A stretch of 64,000 nucleotides of DNA from Candidatus Bathyarchaeota archaeon (lineage in GTDB: Archaea > Thermoproteota > Bathyarchaeia > 40CM-2-53-6 > RBG-13-38-9): positions 48,706 to 112,705 of the forward strand of contig JAGTRD010000002.1 in assembly GCA_018396915.1 (NCBI GenBank), given 5' to 3'. The number at the start of each line of letters is the position of its first letter. Position 1 is the stretch's first letter. Below the pieces are notes generated by a model. The model was not told the DNA's origin. It was given only the letters and a program-made list of their open reading frames with translations, and made no database searches. Made by a program: the position numbers and the translations under genes. Shown piece by piece: positions 40,180 through 49,768 of this stretch.

Positions 40180-40850
40180 TCCTCAGTACCATGCCTTGGC
40201 GTTATTGCAGTAAGTTTCGTTTCGAAGTCGTCTACGGTTAGGGGTATATTTCCATCTGGGGGTATCTCACCCCTCTCACGGAGAACTTGCCTTGCCAGAA
40301 GCCAGAAGACCATTGCCAGAGCCTTTCTACCTTTATTGTTCACCGGTATGGCAAGATCAACGCCACTCAAGACATTGTCAGTGTCACATAGGGCTATGAC
40401 AGGAACACCTGCTTCAGAAGCCTCCTTTATCGCTTGAGAGTCAGCTCTGGGATCGGTTACTATGACAAGTTGCGGTTCGATATGTTTGGGCTGGAGAGGG
40501 TTTGAGATGAGCCCGGGCATGAAACGTCCCACTATCGGTATGGCCCTAGTCAACTCACAGAATTTCTCGACAGGAGTTCTTCCATATAGTCTCGAGGAGA
40601 CAACCAATATCCGCGAAGGTTCGAATCTACTGATGAATCTTGCAGCTAATCTTATTCTTTCATCTGTCTTCCCTATGTCTAGAATAAATAAGCCATCAGG
40701 TCTAACCCGGAAGATATGTTTCTCCATATCTCCTGTCTTTACTCTCGTACCTATGTGGAGCCCAGCCGCTAATAGCTCTTCTAGGGGTTGAAGAAGATTC
40801 TCAGCTTTTGGAATCTCCTCTCTTCCATCATTTGTACTCATTCTAACCAC
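40176..40850 (-). CDS. rps2: Ribosomal protein S2 (uS2)
   Basis: 224 aa, AGLHIGT..VIVTDPR..EA..GVPVIALCDTD. Confidence 0.9.
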   Translation of the reverse strand: MVRMSTNDGREEIPKAENLLQPLEELLAAGLHIGTRVKTGDMEKHIFRVRPDGLFILDIGKTDERIRLAARFISRFEPSRILVVSSRLYGRTPVEKFCELTRAIPIVGRFMPGLISNPLQPKHIEPQLVIVTDPRADSQAIKEASEAGVPVIALCDTDNVLSGVDLAIPVNNKGRKALAMVFWLLARQVLRERGEIPPDGNIPLTVDDFETKLTAITPRHGTED

Positions 40851-40851
40851 C

Positions 40852-42102
40852 TCAGATATTTAACATTGCCATTCTGAAGTTTTCTTTAGGGGATTCCCCT
40901 ATTCGTATAAGCTCATTGACCTTTGAAGTTCTTTCACCGCCTATAACGCCAAGCTTTATTATAGGTGCGTCTACTGCCACTGATAGGTGGGAGATCTCTG
41001 CGTCGCAGGTCTCTCCAGATCTGTGGGAAACTATTGGAATATAATTTGATCTCTTGGCCAACTCAACAGTCTTTAGTGTGTTGGTGACTGTGCCTATTTG
41101 ATTGGGTTTAATTATTATAGCGTTTCCAGCTTTAGTCTTAACACCTTTTCTCAAGCGTTCTATGTTGGTTGTGAAGAGGTCATCACCACATATAATTGTT
41201 CCCTTGGCTTTATATGTAAGTTCTGCGAATGCCTCAAATGATTCCTCGTGGAAAGGATCCTCTACATATGCCAATTTGAACTTTCTTATCAGGTCAAGCA
41301 TGAAATCGATCTGGTCGCCCTCATCCAACTTTCTTGCATCTTTTTTGTAGATGTAGACTTTTTCTTTTTCATTCCAAATCGATGAGGAAGCCACGTCTAT
41401 CCCGATCCTCAATGTGACACCTGTCTCATTTGAAACCGCCTCACATGCTTCGGACAGAATTTCAAGAGCATCCTCAGTTTTGAGTGGTGCAACCCATGCG
41501 CCTTCATCTCCTTTTCCAGATAAGATAATTCCCTTTCTCTCAGTTAAGCGGCCAATCTCTCTGTGGACTCTTATGTTAGCTGCTGCAGCTTCCATTAAAG
41601 TCTCTGCATGTGTCGGTAGGGCCAAGAACTCTTGGATGTCAGTCTTTTCTCCCTTGGCATGAAGTCCACCACCTATTACATTTCCAAGAGGGTAGGGGAG
41701 ATCATAAGTTTCCCTCTCTTCTAGATACTTGAAAAGAGGTATTCCAATTGAGGCGGCCCCCGCCTTTGCTGACGCTAAAGATATGGCATATGCAGCGTTT
41801 CCTCCGAGATTGCTAAAGTCACTTGTTCCGTCTACTTCATGGAGGATACTATCTATCTTACTCACATCATCTAGACTGATCCCCACGATTCTGGGGGCTA
41901 CTTTCTCGCGTATTATCTTTATGGACTCATCAACACCACCTTGCGGGTAGGACTTCACTTCCCACTTTCCTTTACTTGCACCTGAAGGTGCAGCCGATCG
42001 CCCCATTCCTCTTTCTGTTGTTATTTCAACCTCGATTGTTTCGGAACCTCTACTATCGAAGACCTTCCTGGCCCTGACGCTCACTATAGATGTTGATACC
42101 AT
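40852..42102 (-). CDS. eno: Enolase
   Basis: 416 aa, VFDSRGSETIEVE.., SHRSGETCD. Confidence 0.95.
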   Translation of the reverse strand: MVSTSIVSVRARKVFDSRGSETIEVEITTERGMGRSAAPSGASKGKWEVKSYPQGGVDESIKIIREKVAPRIVGISLDDVSKIDSILHEVDGTSDFSNLGGNAAYAISLASAKAGAASIGIPLFKYLEERETYDLPYPLGNVIGGGLHAKGEKTDIQEFLALPTHAETLMEAAAANIRVHREIGRLTERKGIILSGKGDEGAWVAPLKTEDALEILSEACEAVSNETGVTLRIGIDVASSSIWNEKEKVYIYKKDARKLDEGDQIDFMLDLIRKFKLAYVEDPFHEESFEAFAELTYKAKGTIICGDDLFTTNIERLRKGVKTKAGNAIIIKPNQIGTVTNTLKTVELAKRSNYIPIVSHRSGETCDAEISHLSVAVDAPIIKLGVIGGERTSKVNELIRIGESPKENFRMAMLNI

Positions 42103-42111
42103 ATCTACATC

Positions 42112-42330
42112 TCACACTATACTCTTTTTCGCTACAGCTTCAGAATACTTCAAAATATCGTCGATTATATCAACATGTGTTATGAACATTCGCCTACAGC
42201 AGTATCTTTCGATACCAAGTTCATTAAGAACTTTACCTGGCTCCTCCCCAGATTTCACTCTGCTGGAGAATTCTTCCCATTTATCTGCAATCACTTTGCC
42301 GCATGTAAAACATCGAATAGGTGTTATCAT
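42112..42330 (-). CDS. rpoN: RNA polymerase subunit N (Rpo10)
   Basis: 72 aa, [18 protein letters not shown]. Confidence 0.9.
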   Translation of the reverse strand: MITPIRCFTCGKVIADKWEEFSSRVKSGEEPGKVLNELGIERYCCRRMFITHVDIIDDILKYSEAVAKKSIV

Positions 42331-42361
42331 ATTGGACTTTCCTCAATAAAATGTTTTTATT

Positions 42362-42751
42362 TTATCTGTAAGACTTCTGTCTTCTCCTCCTCGCTCCTGG
42401 ACCACCGAATTTCTTGGACTCAGACCTTCTAGGGTCACCGGCCAGCATAGCTCGGTCGTGAATTCTGAACAATCTTTTGACATGGGCGCTTTTGGTCCAT
42501 TTGACAAGCCCCTTAGCTATTGCAGTTCTAGCGGCATCAGCCTGACCCATGATTCCCCCTCCGCTGGCTTTAATCTCTATGTCTAGTCCCTTTGCCTTAT
42601 CTGCAGCGAGAATTATTGGCTCTAATATTTTCACTCTTGCAAGTTCGGGACTCAATATGTTGAGGGGGAGATTATTGAATGTGATATGCCCACTACCGCT
42701 CCTAAAAATAGCTTTTGCGATAGATGTCTTTCTCTTTCCACTTATTACCAT
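42362..42751 (-). CDS. rps9: Ribosomal protein S9 (uS9)
   Basis: 129 aa, C-terminal GGPGARRRRQKSYR. Confidence 0.9.
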   Translation of the reverse strand: MVISGKRKTSIAKAIFRSGSGHITFNNLPLNILSPELARVKILEPIILAADKAKGLDIEIKASGGGIMGQADAARTAIAKGLVKWTKSAHVKRLFRIHDRAMLAGDPRRSESKKFGGPGARRRRQKSYR

Positions 42752-42764
42752 TACTTTCTTTTTC

Positions 42765-43217
42765 TCACTCGTAACTTATACCTCCTATCTCTTTAGACAA
42801 GTCACCGAGATATATGTATGGAGATCTGAGCTTTGTTGCTTCAGCTCCTGGGATGTTCTGTTTTGGAACGTCAGCATATATAGGTGGAGGCTGTTCATAG
42901 ATTTTGACCATCTTGTAAGCTTTCTTACCTTTAGGTTTCTTGAATGGAAGCATGCCCCTGAGAGCGCGCCTCGCATAAGTTGTGGGCTTTCTTGGGTGGC
43001 GGGGCGCTTTGTCTTGGGAGCCTAGGGTTCTTGTTCGAAGCCTAACCTTTGCCTTCTGGATGATGCTCCCTTTACTCCCTGATATGACGGCTTTAGATAT
43101 GTTTAAGATGACCACTTCATTTCCTTCCATAGCTCTTTTAGCGGCGTAAGTGAGCAACCTACCCAAGATTAGGTTGGTAGCGTCAATAACCATAAGCTTT
43201 CTAAGCATTAAATTCAC
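42765..43217 (-). CDS. rpl13: Ribosomal protein L13 (uL13)
   Basis: 150 aa, VIDATNLILGRL. Confidence 0.9.
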   Translation of the reverse strand: MNLMLRKLMVIDATNLILGRLLTYAAKRAMEGNEVVILNISKAVISGSKGSIIQKAKVRLRTRTLGSQDKAPRHPRKPTTYARRALRGMLPFKKPKGKKAYKMVKIYEQPPPIYADVPKQNIPGAEATKLRSPYIYLGDLSKEIGGISYE

Positions 43218-43573
43218 CTGATTATCTTGACGTGATTCCCTCTAGGATTCTCCTCTAAAAGTTTCCCTATTGTGATACACCTACCGCCAGTTGATGTGAT
43301 TCTCTTGACTGCAGTGGATGAGAAGCCTAAGGCGGCAACAGTTATCTGATGGTTGATTTTCCCTGATCCTAATACTTTTCCCGGTACGGCTACCGTGTCC
43401 CCCCCTCTCGTAACCCTTGCGATTCGACCCACATTCACTCGAGCCATATGCTTTCTAGGTTTAAGCAATGATTGTAAGATTGCTGACCATATCGGAGCAC
43501 AATTCTTCCTAGAGGCTTTCTGAAGAATCTTTACTAATTCAATCAGTTGGGGATTAGTTTTTTTCACTAGCAT
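43214..43573 (-). CDS. rpl18e: Ribosomal protein L18e
   Basis: 119 aa; conserved position between rpoD and rpl13. Confidence 0.85.
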   Translation of the reverse strand: MLVKKTNPQLIELVKILQKASRKNCAPIWSAILQSLLKPRKHMARVNVGRIARVTRGGDTVAVPGKVLGSGKINHQITVAALGFSSTAVKRITSTGGRCITIGKLLEENPRGNHVKIIR

Positions 43574-44402
43574 TCCCCTCCAGCTCGGTTAAAAGATGGG
43601 AAAAAACTATTGCTTTCTCACGGACCTCTCGTAAGGCTTCTTGCAGTATTCTTACTACAGGTAATGAGCCGGTGCCTTCGATATGGAATATGAAATCCTC
43701 TTCACTCCAGGAGAGATTGATGGGGGAGGGTTTTCTAGGACAGTGCCTAACACATTCAGAACATAGGGTACAGTTCTCACTGTTCCTCACCTGAAGTTTA
43801 CCATCGGCAAAATATAGTATTCCTTGAGGGCAATATTTGACGCAATCTCCGCAGCCGTCACATTTCTTGGATGTTATTGTAATTATAGGTAGATATTTGT
43901 AAGCACAAGCTGATACAGGCTGCCACTTAGCATGTTCTTGGCCACGCCCAAGCCTGGCATAGGCTTCCAGTTTTAGCCTCTGGCCTGGAGCCAGCTTCAC
44001 TATCGGAATCTTATCACTCACAGGTCTAATCGTTGGGTTCTCAGGCTTGAGGTCCCCCGAATAGACTGTGATAGTCTTATCGTTTGCTCCAGCCTCCAAT
44101 GTTAATGAGACTCTGCATCTGTTGCATCCAAGCTCACTTTTACAATCGCACTTCTCAGGAAGAGTGTATGTGTCAAGATCTGTAACCAAAGGTATTAGAC
44201 CTAACCTATGAGCCAGTACTTCATCAAACAGAATTGAAGTATTCTCTATTATAATAACATCGTCTATAGCCATTGTTGGAACTTCAGCTATCATTATCCT
44301 TCGTAACGTATTAGCAAACGCCGGAGTTATACCGTTTACTCTGAATTTTAACAGACTATCTTCCAGCTTAATTATAGACAGCTCCAAATCGTTCAACCCC
44401 AC
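43554..44402 (-). CDS. rpoD: RNA polymerase subunit D (Rpo3) with 4Fe-4S ferredoxin-like insertion
   Basis: 282 aa, CDGCGDCVKYCP and CTLCSECVRHCP cluster motifs. Confidence 0.9.
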   Translation of the reverse strand: MGLNDLELSIIKLEDSLLKFRVNGITPAFANTLRRIMIAEVPTMAIDDVIIIENTSILFDEVLAHRLGLIPLVTDLDTYTLPEKCDCKSELGCNRCRVSLTLEAGANDKTITVYSGDLKPENPTIRPVSDKIPIVKLAPGQRLKLEAYARLGRGQEHAKWQPVSACAYKYLPIITITSKKCDGCGDCVKYCPQGILYFADGKLQVRNSENCTLCSECVRHCPRKPSPINLSWSEEDFIFHIEGTGSLPVVRILQEALREVREKAIVFSHLLTELEGNASEKN

Positions 44403-44612
44403 TCATTGAGGAGAGCCTTTGCGTTAACCTCCTATATCGCGTCATCTCTAAACACTCAGGGAGCTAAGACGAACAGACCCTTCCTAGCCTATTCGGCTAG
44501 CGTACACATATAAACGTTCTTTATATGTTTATTTAGTCGGTGCGCATAATCAGGTGCCCTCACACTCTACCGTAAAAAGGACAAAATTTATTTCTATTAA
44601 GTCAAATGACAC

Positions 44613-45065
44613 ATGGTAGTCTTGTATGAGGGTCGAATCATGTTTCTCAAAGACTCCATAAAATTGACTCTGGAGGGCGCGAAAGCCATCTTAGCAGCGG
44701 CTGAACGTAAAGCTAGGGAGATAGGTGTACCGATGGATATAGCCATAGTCGATGAAGGTGGAAATCTACTGGCTTTTGAGAGGATGGATGGGGCGAAGAT
44801 TACAAGTATCGATATCGCGATCAACAAGGCGTTCACAGCAGCAGGAAGCAGAAGGGGGACCCACGAATATGCCGACATAGCTGCACCTGGAAGGCCTGCA
44901 TTTGGAATTCATGTGAGTAATCAAGGCAGATTCATGATCTTTGGGGGAGGACTACCCATCGTGGTCAAAGGAGAAGTTGTGGGGGGAATAGGATGCAGTT
45001 CAGGAACGGCAGAAGAGGATAGAATAGTAGCTCAAGCAGGATTGGATGCTCTTCCAAAAGACTGA
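44613..45065 (+). CDS. GlcG/HbpS-like (DUF336) protein
   Basis: 150 aa, LTLEGAKAILAAAERKAREIGVPMDIAIVDEGGNLLAFERMDGA; the start is probably the internal ATG. Confidence 0.55.
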   Translation: MVVLYEGRIMFLKDSIKLTLEGAKAILAAAERKAREIGVPMDIAIVDEGGNLLAFERMDGAKITSIDIAINKAFTAAGSRRGTHEYADIAAPGRPAFGIHVSNQGRFMIFGGGLPIVVKGEVVGGIGCSSGTAEEDRIVAQAGLDALPKD

Positions 45066-45138
45066 ACCACCAACATACAACTGAAAACGGAGTAGAAGAC
45101 GTATTTGCATTAGCTAAATTTTAAACTAAAGTGTTGGC

Positions 45139-46116
45139 CTATCGCCCCTTCAATAATAATTGGGGTGATGCTTCAATATGATTTCTTGAATATCTTTTAA
45201 ATTTTACATCTAGCGTAGTTACTATTAGCAAGTATATAATGATCCATATGGTGAAAAGAACCTCGCCTATTGATTCATGGAACATTCTCAGATTAACGTC
45301 TATGTATGCTCCATAGTATATTATTAGAAAGATTCTAATTATGTTAACGAAGAACGTACCGATAGCCCCAAAACATGCGTAAACTAATTTTTTAAAAGTA
45401 GATGTCTGGAGTTTTAACATAAGTATGATAATTACTAGGAAGTAGATTACCATGCTCAATACTCCAGCACATTGCCAGTAAATCTCTATGAGGAGAAAGC
45501 CCTTGTTCCCCCAGACCGCTAAAGTTTCACCTCCTAAATAATCGATCCTCACACCTACACTCCTCAGTAGGAAGACCGTAATTGCCAATATTGGCTTCAT
45601 CATAAATTGAAGAGACTCAGCAGAACCGTACGGAAATGTGGCATCCAACATCAGAATTAGAGCCATTCCTGAGAGGAAAACTATAGGTGTAGGAAAATAC
45701 TTTAAATTCTTAAAGCCAAAAATAGTCGTGGCCAGCACTAAGACATGAGCGGCATAAACCAAGTAGTCTAGAACTCTGGTCCAACTGAGAATTTGAGGTT
45801 TTGTTATATACCCTAATTTGGAACCTAAATGAGCTATCAGACTCTCTTGGCCAAAGGCGTATACGGCACAAAAATAACTTGAGAACACAACCGTTGCAAC
45901 TATAATGATAAATATTTTCGTGATTGTAAACTCCGGCCTAACATTCCTCCTTATATCAAACCATTCCATCGTTAAGAAGATGAAGGCGAAAAGTAAGCCA
46001 GCCCCCGCCCCCTCATTCCATCCAAGTATGAAGTGGTTTGGATCAATGAATAACAATGTCGCTATTGGTGCAACAAATGCAAGCAGGAAAATCTCCTTGC
46101 ATTTCATATTCAACAA
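45139..46116 (-). CDS. Polytopic membrane protein, exosortase/archaeosortase-like
   Basis: 325 aa, at least 7 predicted TM segments, conserved-looking C-A-G (EIYWQCAG) and N..R (FFVNIIRIF) motifs reminiscent of sortase-like transpeptidases; family call tentative. Confidence 0.4.
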   Translation of the reverse strand: MLNMKCKEIFLLAFVAPIATLLFIDPNHFILGWNEGAGAGLLFAFIFLTMEWFDIRRNVRPEFTITKIFIIIVATVVFSSYFCAVYAFGQESLIAHLGSKLGYITKPQILSWTRVLDYLVYAAHVLVLATTIFGFKNLKYFPTPIVFLSGMALILMLDATFPYGSAESLQFMMKPILAITVFLLRSVGVRIDYLGGETLAVWGNKGFLLIEIYWQCAGVLSMVIYFLVIIILMLKLQTSTFKKLVYACFGAIGTFFVNIIRIFLIIYYGAYIDVNLRMFHESIGEVLFTIWIIIYLLIVTTLDVKFKRYSRNHIEASPQLLLKGR

Positions 46117-46309
46117 CCTGCACTGCTGGAAACCAGGTCAATCTAGGGCCCAGACATTTAGGATTTATCTGTTTATATTGATTACCCTAATCCAAAATTG
46201 AATATAATACAGATGGTTAAGTAGAGATAATTGTTTCATCAAACCTTAAATTAAGTAAGACACAGATGACTCAGTGTAGATTACTTAAAATATTCTCGGA
46301 GGATACGCT

Positions 46310-47566
46310 TTGTCGCATAACCACCTAAAAGACATAACCGCTACCTTAGGAAAAGAATTGGTTGACAAGACGATAACCCTTTGCGTTACCGGCAGCGTAG
46401 CCGCCTCCCAGGCACCAGAGATCGCGAGGGAATTGATGCGCAGAGGTGCAGATGTTCATGTAGTCCTTTCCCCAGCAGCATGTAAATTGATAAGTCCAGC
46501 TTTGATGGAGTGGGCCACAGGGAACCCTGTCATAAAAGAGCTTACCGGCAGGGTGGAGCATGTTGAACTTGCAGGGGATTGGCCTGGAAAATCAGACCTG
46601 GTCCTGGTGGCGCCAGCGACAGCGAATACGATAGGCAAGATAGCATATGGAATAGATGATACGCCTGTAACTACGGTCGTAACAACAGCATTAGGTTCAG
46701 GAACACCAGTTATAATTGCCCCTGCCATGCACCGGTCGATGTATAAACATCCCATCGTCTCGGATAATATTAGGAAATTGAGAAGTATAGGTATTGATGT
46801 GCTTGATCCAGAAATTGTTGAGGGGAAGGCGAAGATAATTAAGAGTTCAGTAATTGTAGATGCGGTCGTCCAGAAGCTATCATTCAAGGACCTTGAAAGC
46901 TTTAGGTGTCTAGTTACAGCCGGCCCCACTGTCGAGCACATAGACCCGGTCCGAATAATTACCAACAGAAGCTCAGGAAGGATGGGTGTAGCAATAGCCA
47001 GAGAAACTTCAAGACGTGGTGCGGAGACGACGCTCATAATCGGCCCGACAGAAATTGAAATACCTTTTAACATAAAGACCATAAGAGTTGAGACCTCACA
47101 GGACATGCTTGATGCGGTTGAGAATGAACTTAACAGTAAGGACTATAAGGTCTTCATAGGAAGCGCTGCTGTCACAGACTATAGACCGGCAATATCTCAA
47201 AAGTTCAAGATACAGACGAGGAACACCCCAAAACTTGTGATTGAACTTCAAGCCACCCCCAAGATAATAGAGAGAGTGAGAAAGATTCGGCCTGAAATCT
47301 TCATAGTTGCATTTAAGGCTGAGTATGGATTGACTGACAATGAACTCGTTAGAAGGAGCCAAGAGTATCTTCAACAGTCAAGCGCCGATTTAGTTGTAGC
47401 AAACCATGTTGGTGTTGATGGAGTTGGTTTTGCCTCAGAGACAAACGAAGTGTTTATCGTGGATAGAGATTTAAAGGTCACGCATATAAGTCGAGCAAGT
47501 AAAGGGGAAATCGCCAGACATCTTATAGACTATATAGCTATGAAGCTTGGTGTTAAGAGACATTGA
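46310..47566 (+). CDS. coaBC: Bifunctional phosphopantothenoylcysteine decarboxylase / phosphopantothenate--cysteine ligase CoaBC
   Basis: 418 aa, flavoprotein N-half (LCVTGSVAA), ligase C-half; TTG start preceded by GGAGGA. Confidence 0.9.
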   Translation: MSHNHLKDITATLGKELVDKTITLCVTGSVAASQAPEIARELMRRGADVHVVLSPAACKLISPALMEWATGNPVIKELTGRVEHVELAGDWPGKSDLVLVAPATANTIGKIAYGIDDTPVTTVVTTALGSGTPVIIAPAMHRSMYKHPIVSDNIRKLRSIGIDVLDPEIVEGKAKIIKSSVIVDAVVQKLSFKDLESFRCLVTAGPTVEHIDPVRIITNRSSGRMGVAIARETSRRGAETTLIIGPTEIEIPFNIKTIRVETSQDMLDAVENELNSKDYKVFIGSAAVTDYRPAISQKFKIQTRNTPKLVIELQATPKIIERVRKIRPEIFIVAFKAEYGLTDNELVRRSQEYLQQSSADLVVANHVGVDGVGFASETNEVFIVDRDLKVTHISRASKGEIARHLIDYIAMKLGVKRH

Positions 47567-48336
47567 ATCGAATGAAGGTGGCTGCGATACAGATTGGTCC
47601 CGAACATGCATCGAAAGAGATGCTTGAGACTCTAGTTGCCACATCTGTAGATGGAGGAGCTAGACTACTATGTTTCCCGGAACATTGGATAGGAAATGAG
47701 ACAGAGAGAGGGGTCTCTACAGTAATAGAGTTAATGAAGAATTTAGCTAGAGATTTCAGGGTTACAATAATCGCAGGGGGATTCTATCTTGATTTTCAAG
47801 AGGGACCCTACGTTGCAGCGCCTGTAATAGATCTTCAGGGAGAAGTTATCGGGGTACAGAGGAAGATACATCTTTTCGGCGAAGAGAAGAAAATAGCGAA
47901 GCCGGGCTCAGATATCACCATCTTCAATATCGACGGGGTGCGGTTGGGTGTTATCATTTGTTACGACTTAGCATTTCCAGAAGTTGCAAGGGCTCTAGCA
48001 TTGAAAGGGGTAGACCTAGTGTTTGTTCCGTCAAGAATATTGAGTCATGGCGTCAAGCCGTGGCACCTATATCTCTCAACTAGATGCTTAGAGAACCGTC
48101 TACCGATGGTATCCGCCAACATCGTGTGGCCACCACAGTACATAGGGCAGAGTATCATATTGGGCTTGGAAGAACACATAGATTCATCAATAGTTTATCC
48201 AAAGATTATCGGAATCGGTGGGCAGTCCTCTGAGGCAATTGTAGCTGAAATAGATCTAGAAACTGCTAGGAGGCTTAGAGAGTCTAGACTAAGTGAAAGA
48301 CGGCCTGAAGTTTACAAGTCAATGCTAAATGGGTAG
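47563..48336 (+). CDS. Carbon-nitrogen hydrolase (nitrilase superfamily)
   Basis: MKVAAIQ..CFPE..ICYD catalytic E-K-C pattern; the probable start is ATG 47572. Confidence 0.8.
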   Translation: MNRMKVAAIQIGPEHASKEMLETLVATSVDGGARLLCFPEHWIGNETERGVSTVIELMKNLARDFRVTIIAGGFYLDFQEGPYVAAPVIDLQGEVIGVQRKIHLFGEEKKIAKPGSDITIFNIDGVRLGVIICYDLAFPEVARALALKGVDLVFVPSRILSHGVKPWHLYLSTRCLENRLPMVSANIVWPPQYIGQSIILGLEEHIDSSIVYPKIIGIGGQSSEAIVAEIDLETARRLRESRLSERRPEVYKSMLNG

Positions 48337-48455
48337 AGATAGCGGCTATGATAGACAGCATCTGCTGCCAGCAAAGTCTTTAACAAACCCTTTAGATGCT
48401 GTTGCCAAAAACAATATAAATTGTACTACACAACTATGGCTGGAGGAGAAGTATC

Positions 48456-49553
48456 ATGTCTAAGAGTGTCAAAGGTGTTGGTGATGGAGGACTCAACCTA
48501 GGACCAGACAAAGAAATAAACAGAGATATTTGGCTGAAAGATGTGTTCCCTGAGTGGGGAACAATTCTAAACAAGGAGATAGAGGAGACGAAGCCTGAGC
48601 CGAATACGTTTGTATTATGGTGGCTCGGCGGTGCGGCGTGGTGGATGAAGAGCGCTGCGGGCGCAAACATATGCATAGACCAGTATAGTGGTTCAGGTGG
48701 ATCCGTGGAGTATAACGAGCTCTCAAAGTATTCTGGAGTAATAAGGATGACAGGGGCGCAGAAGATGTACTGGCTAAGATGTATCCCACATGTGCTTGAC
48801 ATATGGGCAGTCAAAGAATGTGATGCCTTCCTATCAACACATATACATACGGACCACGCAGACTTCTACACTATAAAGCCTCTGCTTCAAAACACAAACT
48901 GTAAATTCATCGGGCCTCCAAGGGTCGGAGAAATATACGAGAGATGGAAGGTTCCAAAAGACAGAATCATAACTGTGAAACCGGGGGACATGGTGAAGAT
49001 AAAAGATGTCGAGATACATGCCGTGGAGTCGTTCGACAGAACAGTACTCATAACAGAGCAGGCAGACCTTAGGAAACTTACGATGGAAGATTTCGCAAAA
49101 CTCATGGATCAGAAAGCGGTTAATTATGTCTTGAAGACACCATATGGAACAGTCTACGACGCTGGGGACTCGCATTACTCAAACATGTTCTTCAAGCATG
49201 GGAGACAGTTCGATATAGACATCGCCCTAATAACATTCGGCGATAATCCCGACGGAATGACGGACAAGATGAATCCTTACGATGCGTATAGAGCAGCAAA
49301 ATGTCTAAGAGCAAAGGTTTGCATCCCAATGCACTATGAGAACTGGGGGATTGTGGAAGGAGACCCGACAGATCTTGAGATGATCGCAAACAAGAAGTTT
49401 GCACCATTCAAAGTATGCATAATGAGACCTGGAACAAAGTATGTCTGGCCCAAAGACAAGGACAAGCCCAGAATCTACTATTCACACCAAGTGGATGCAA
49501 GCAACTACTTCAGACCAGACCTTGTAGATCTACCTTTCCCAGCATACCTCTAA
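48456..49553 (+). CDS. Metallo-beta-lactamase-fold hydrolase (UlaG-like)
   Basis: 365 aa, HIHTDHAD zinc-binding motif. Confidence 0.7.
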   Translation: MSKSVKGVGDGGLNLGPDKEINRDIWLKDVFPEWGTILNKEIEETKPEPNTFVLWWLGGAAWWMKSAAGANICIDQYSGSGGSVEYNELSKYSGVIRMTGAQKMYWLRCIPHVLDIWAVKECDAFLSTHIHTDHADFYTIKPLLQNTNCKFIGPPRVGEIYERWKVPKDRIITVKPGDMVKIKDVEIHAVESFDRTVLITEQADLRKLTMEDFAKLMDQKAVNYVLKTPYGTVYDAGDSHYSNMFFKHGRQFDIDIALITFGDNPDGMTDKMNPYDAYRAAKCLRAKVCIPMHYENWGIVEGDPTDLEMIANKKFAPFKVCIMRPGTKYVWPKDKDKPRIYYSHQVDASNYFRPDLVDLPFPAYL

Positions 49554-49567
49554 GAAAACCACAGTTA

Positions 49568-49592
49568 CCTCCTTTCTTTTTTTAAAAAAGAT
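49568..49592. terminator. Oligo-T / oligo-A palindrome (cctcctttctttttttaaaaaag) between convergent genes; candidate bidirectional archaeal terminator
   Basis: T11-like run followed by A6, 15 nt after the MBL stop, in the convergent gap before hflX. Confidence 0.4.
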
Positions 49593-49768
49593 TTGGGTGT
49601 AGTCCAAAGACCCTTTACGTCTCTCACTTATGGTATCCCCCATATGTTTCATGATATTTATGAGAAAACAATGGCGTTAAATCTAGATCGGTTATAAATT
49701 CATTAAAGAACAATTTTTTTGAAAGGTAGTGTTAGATAATTAGGTGGCTACACATGTTCATCTGTGAT

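Noticed and set aside
40617-40628. tRNA T-loop-like sequence GGTTCGAATCT
   Set aside because: It is inside the rps2 coding region. No flanking T-stem or acceptor complementarity is present. No tRNA-like cloverleaf could be built here or elsewhere in the window.
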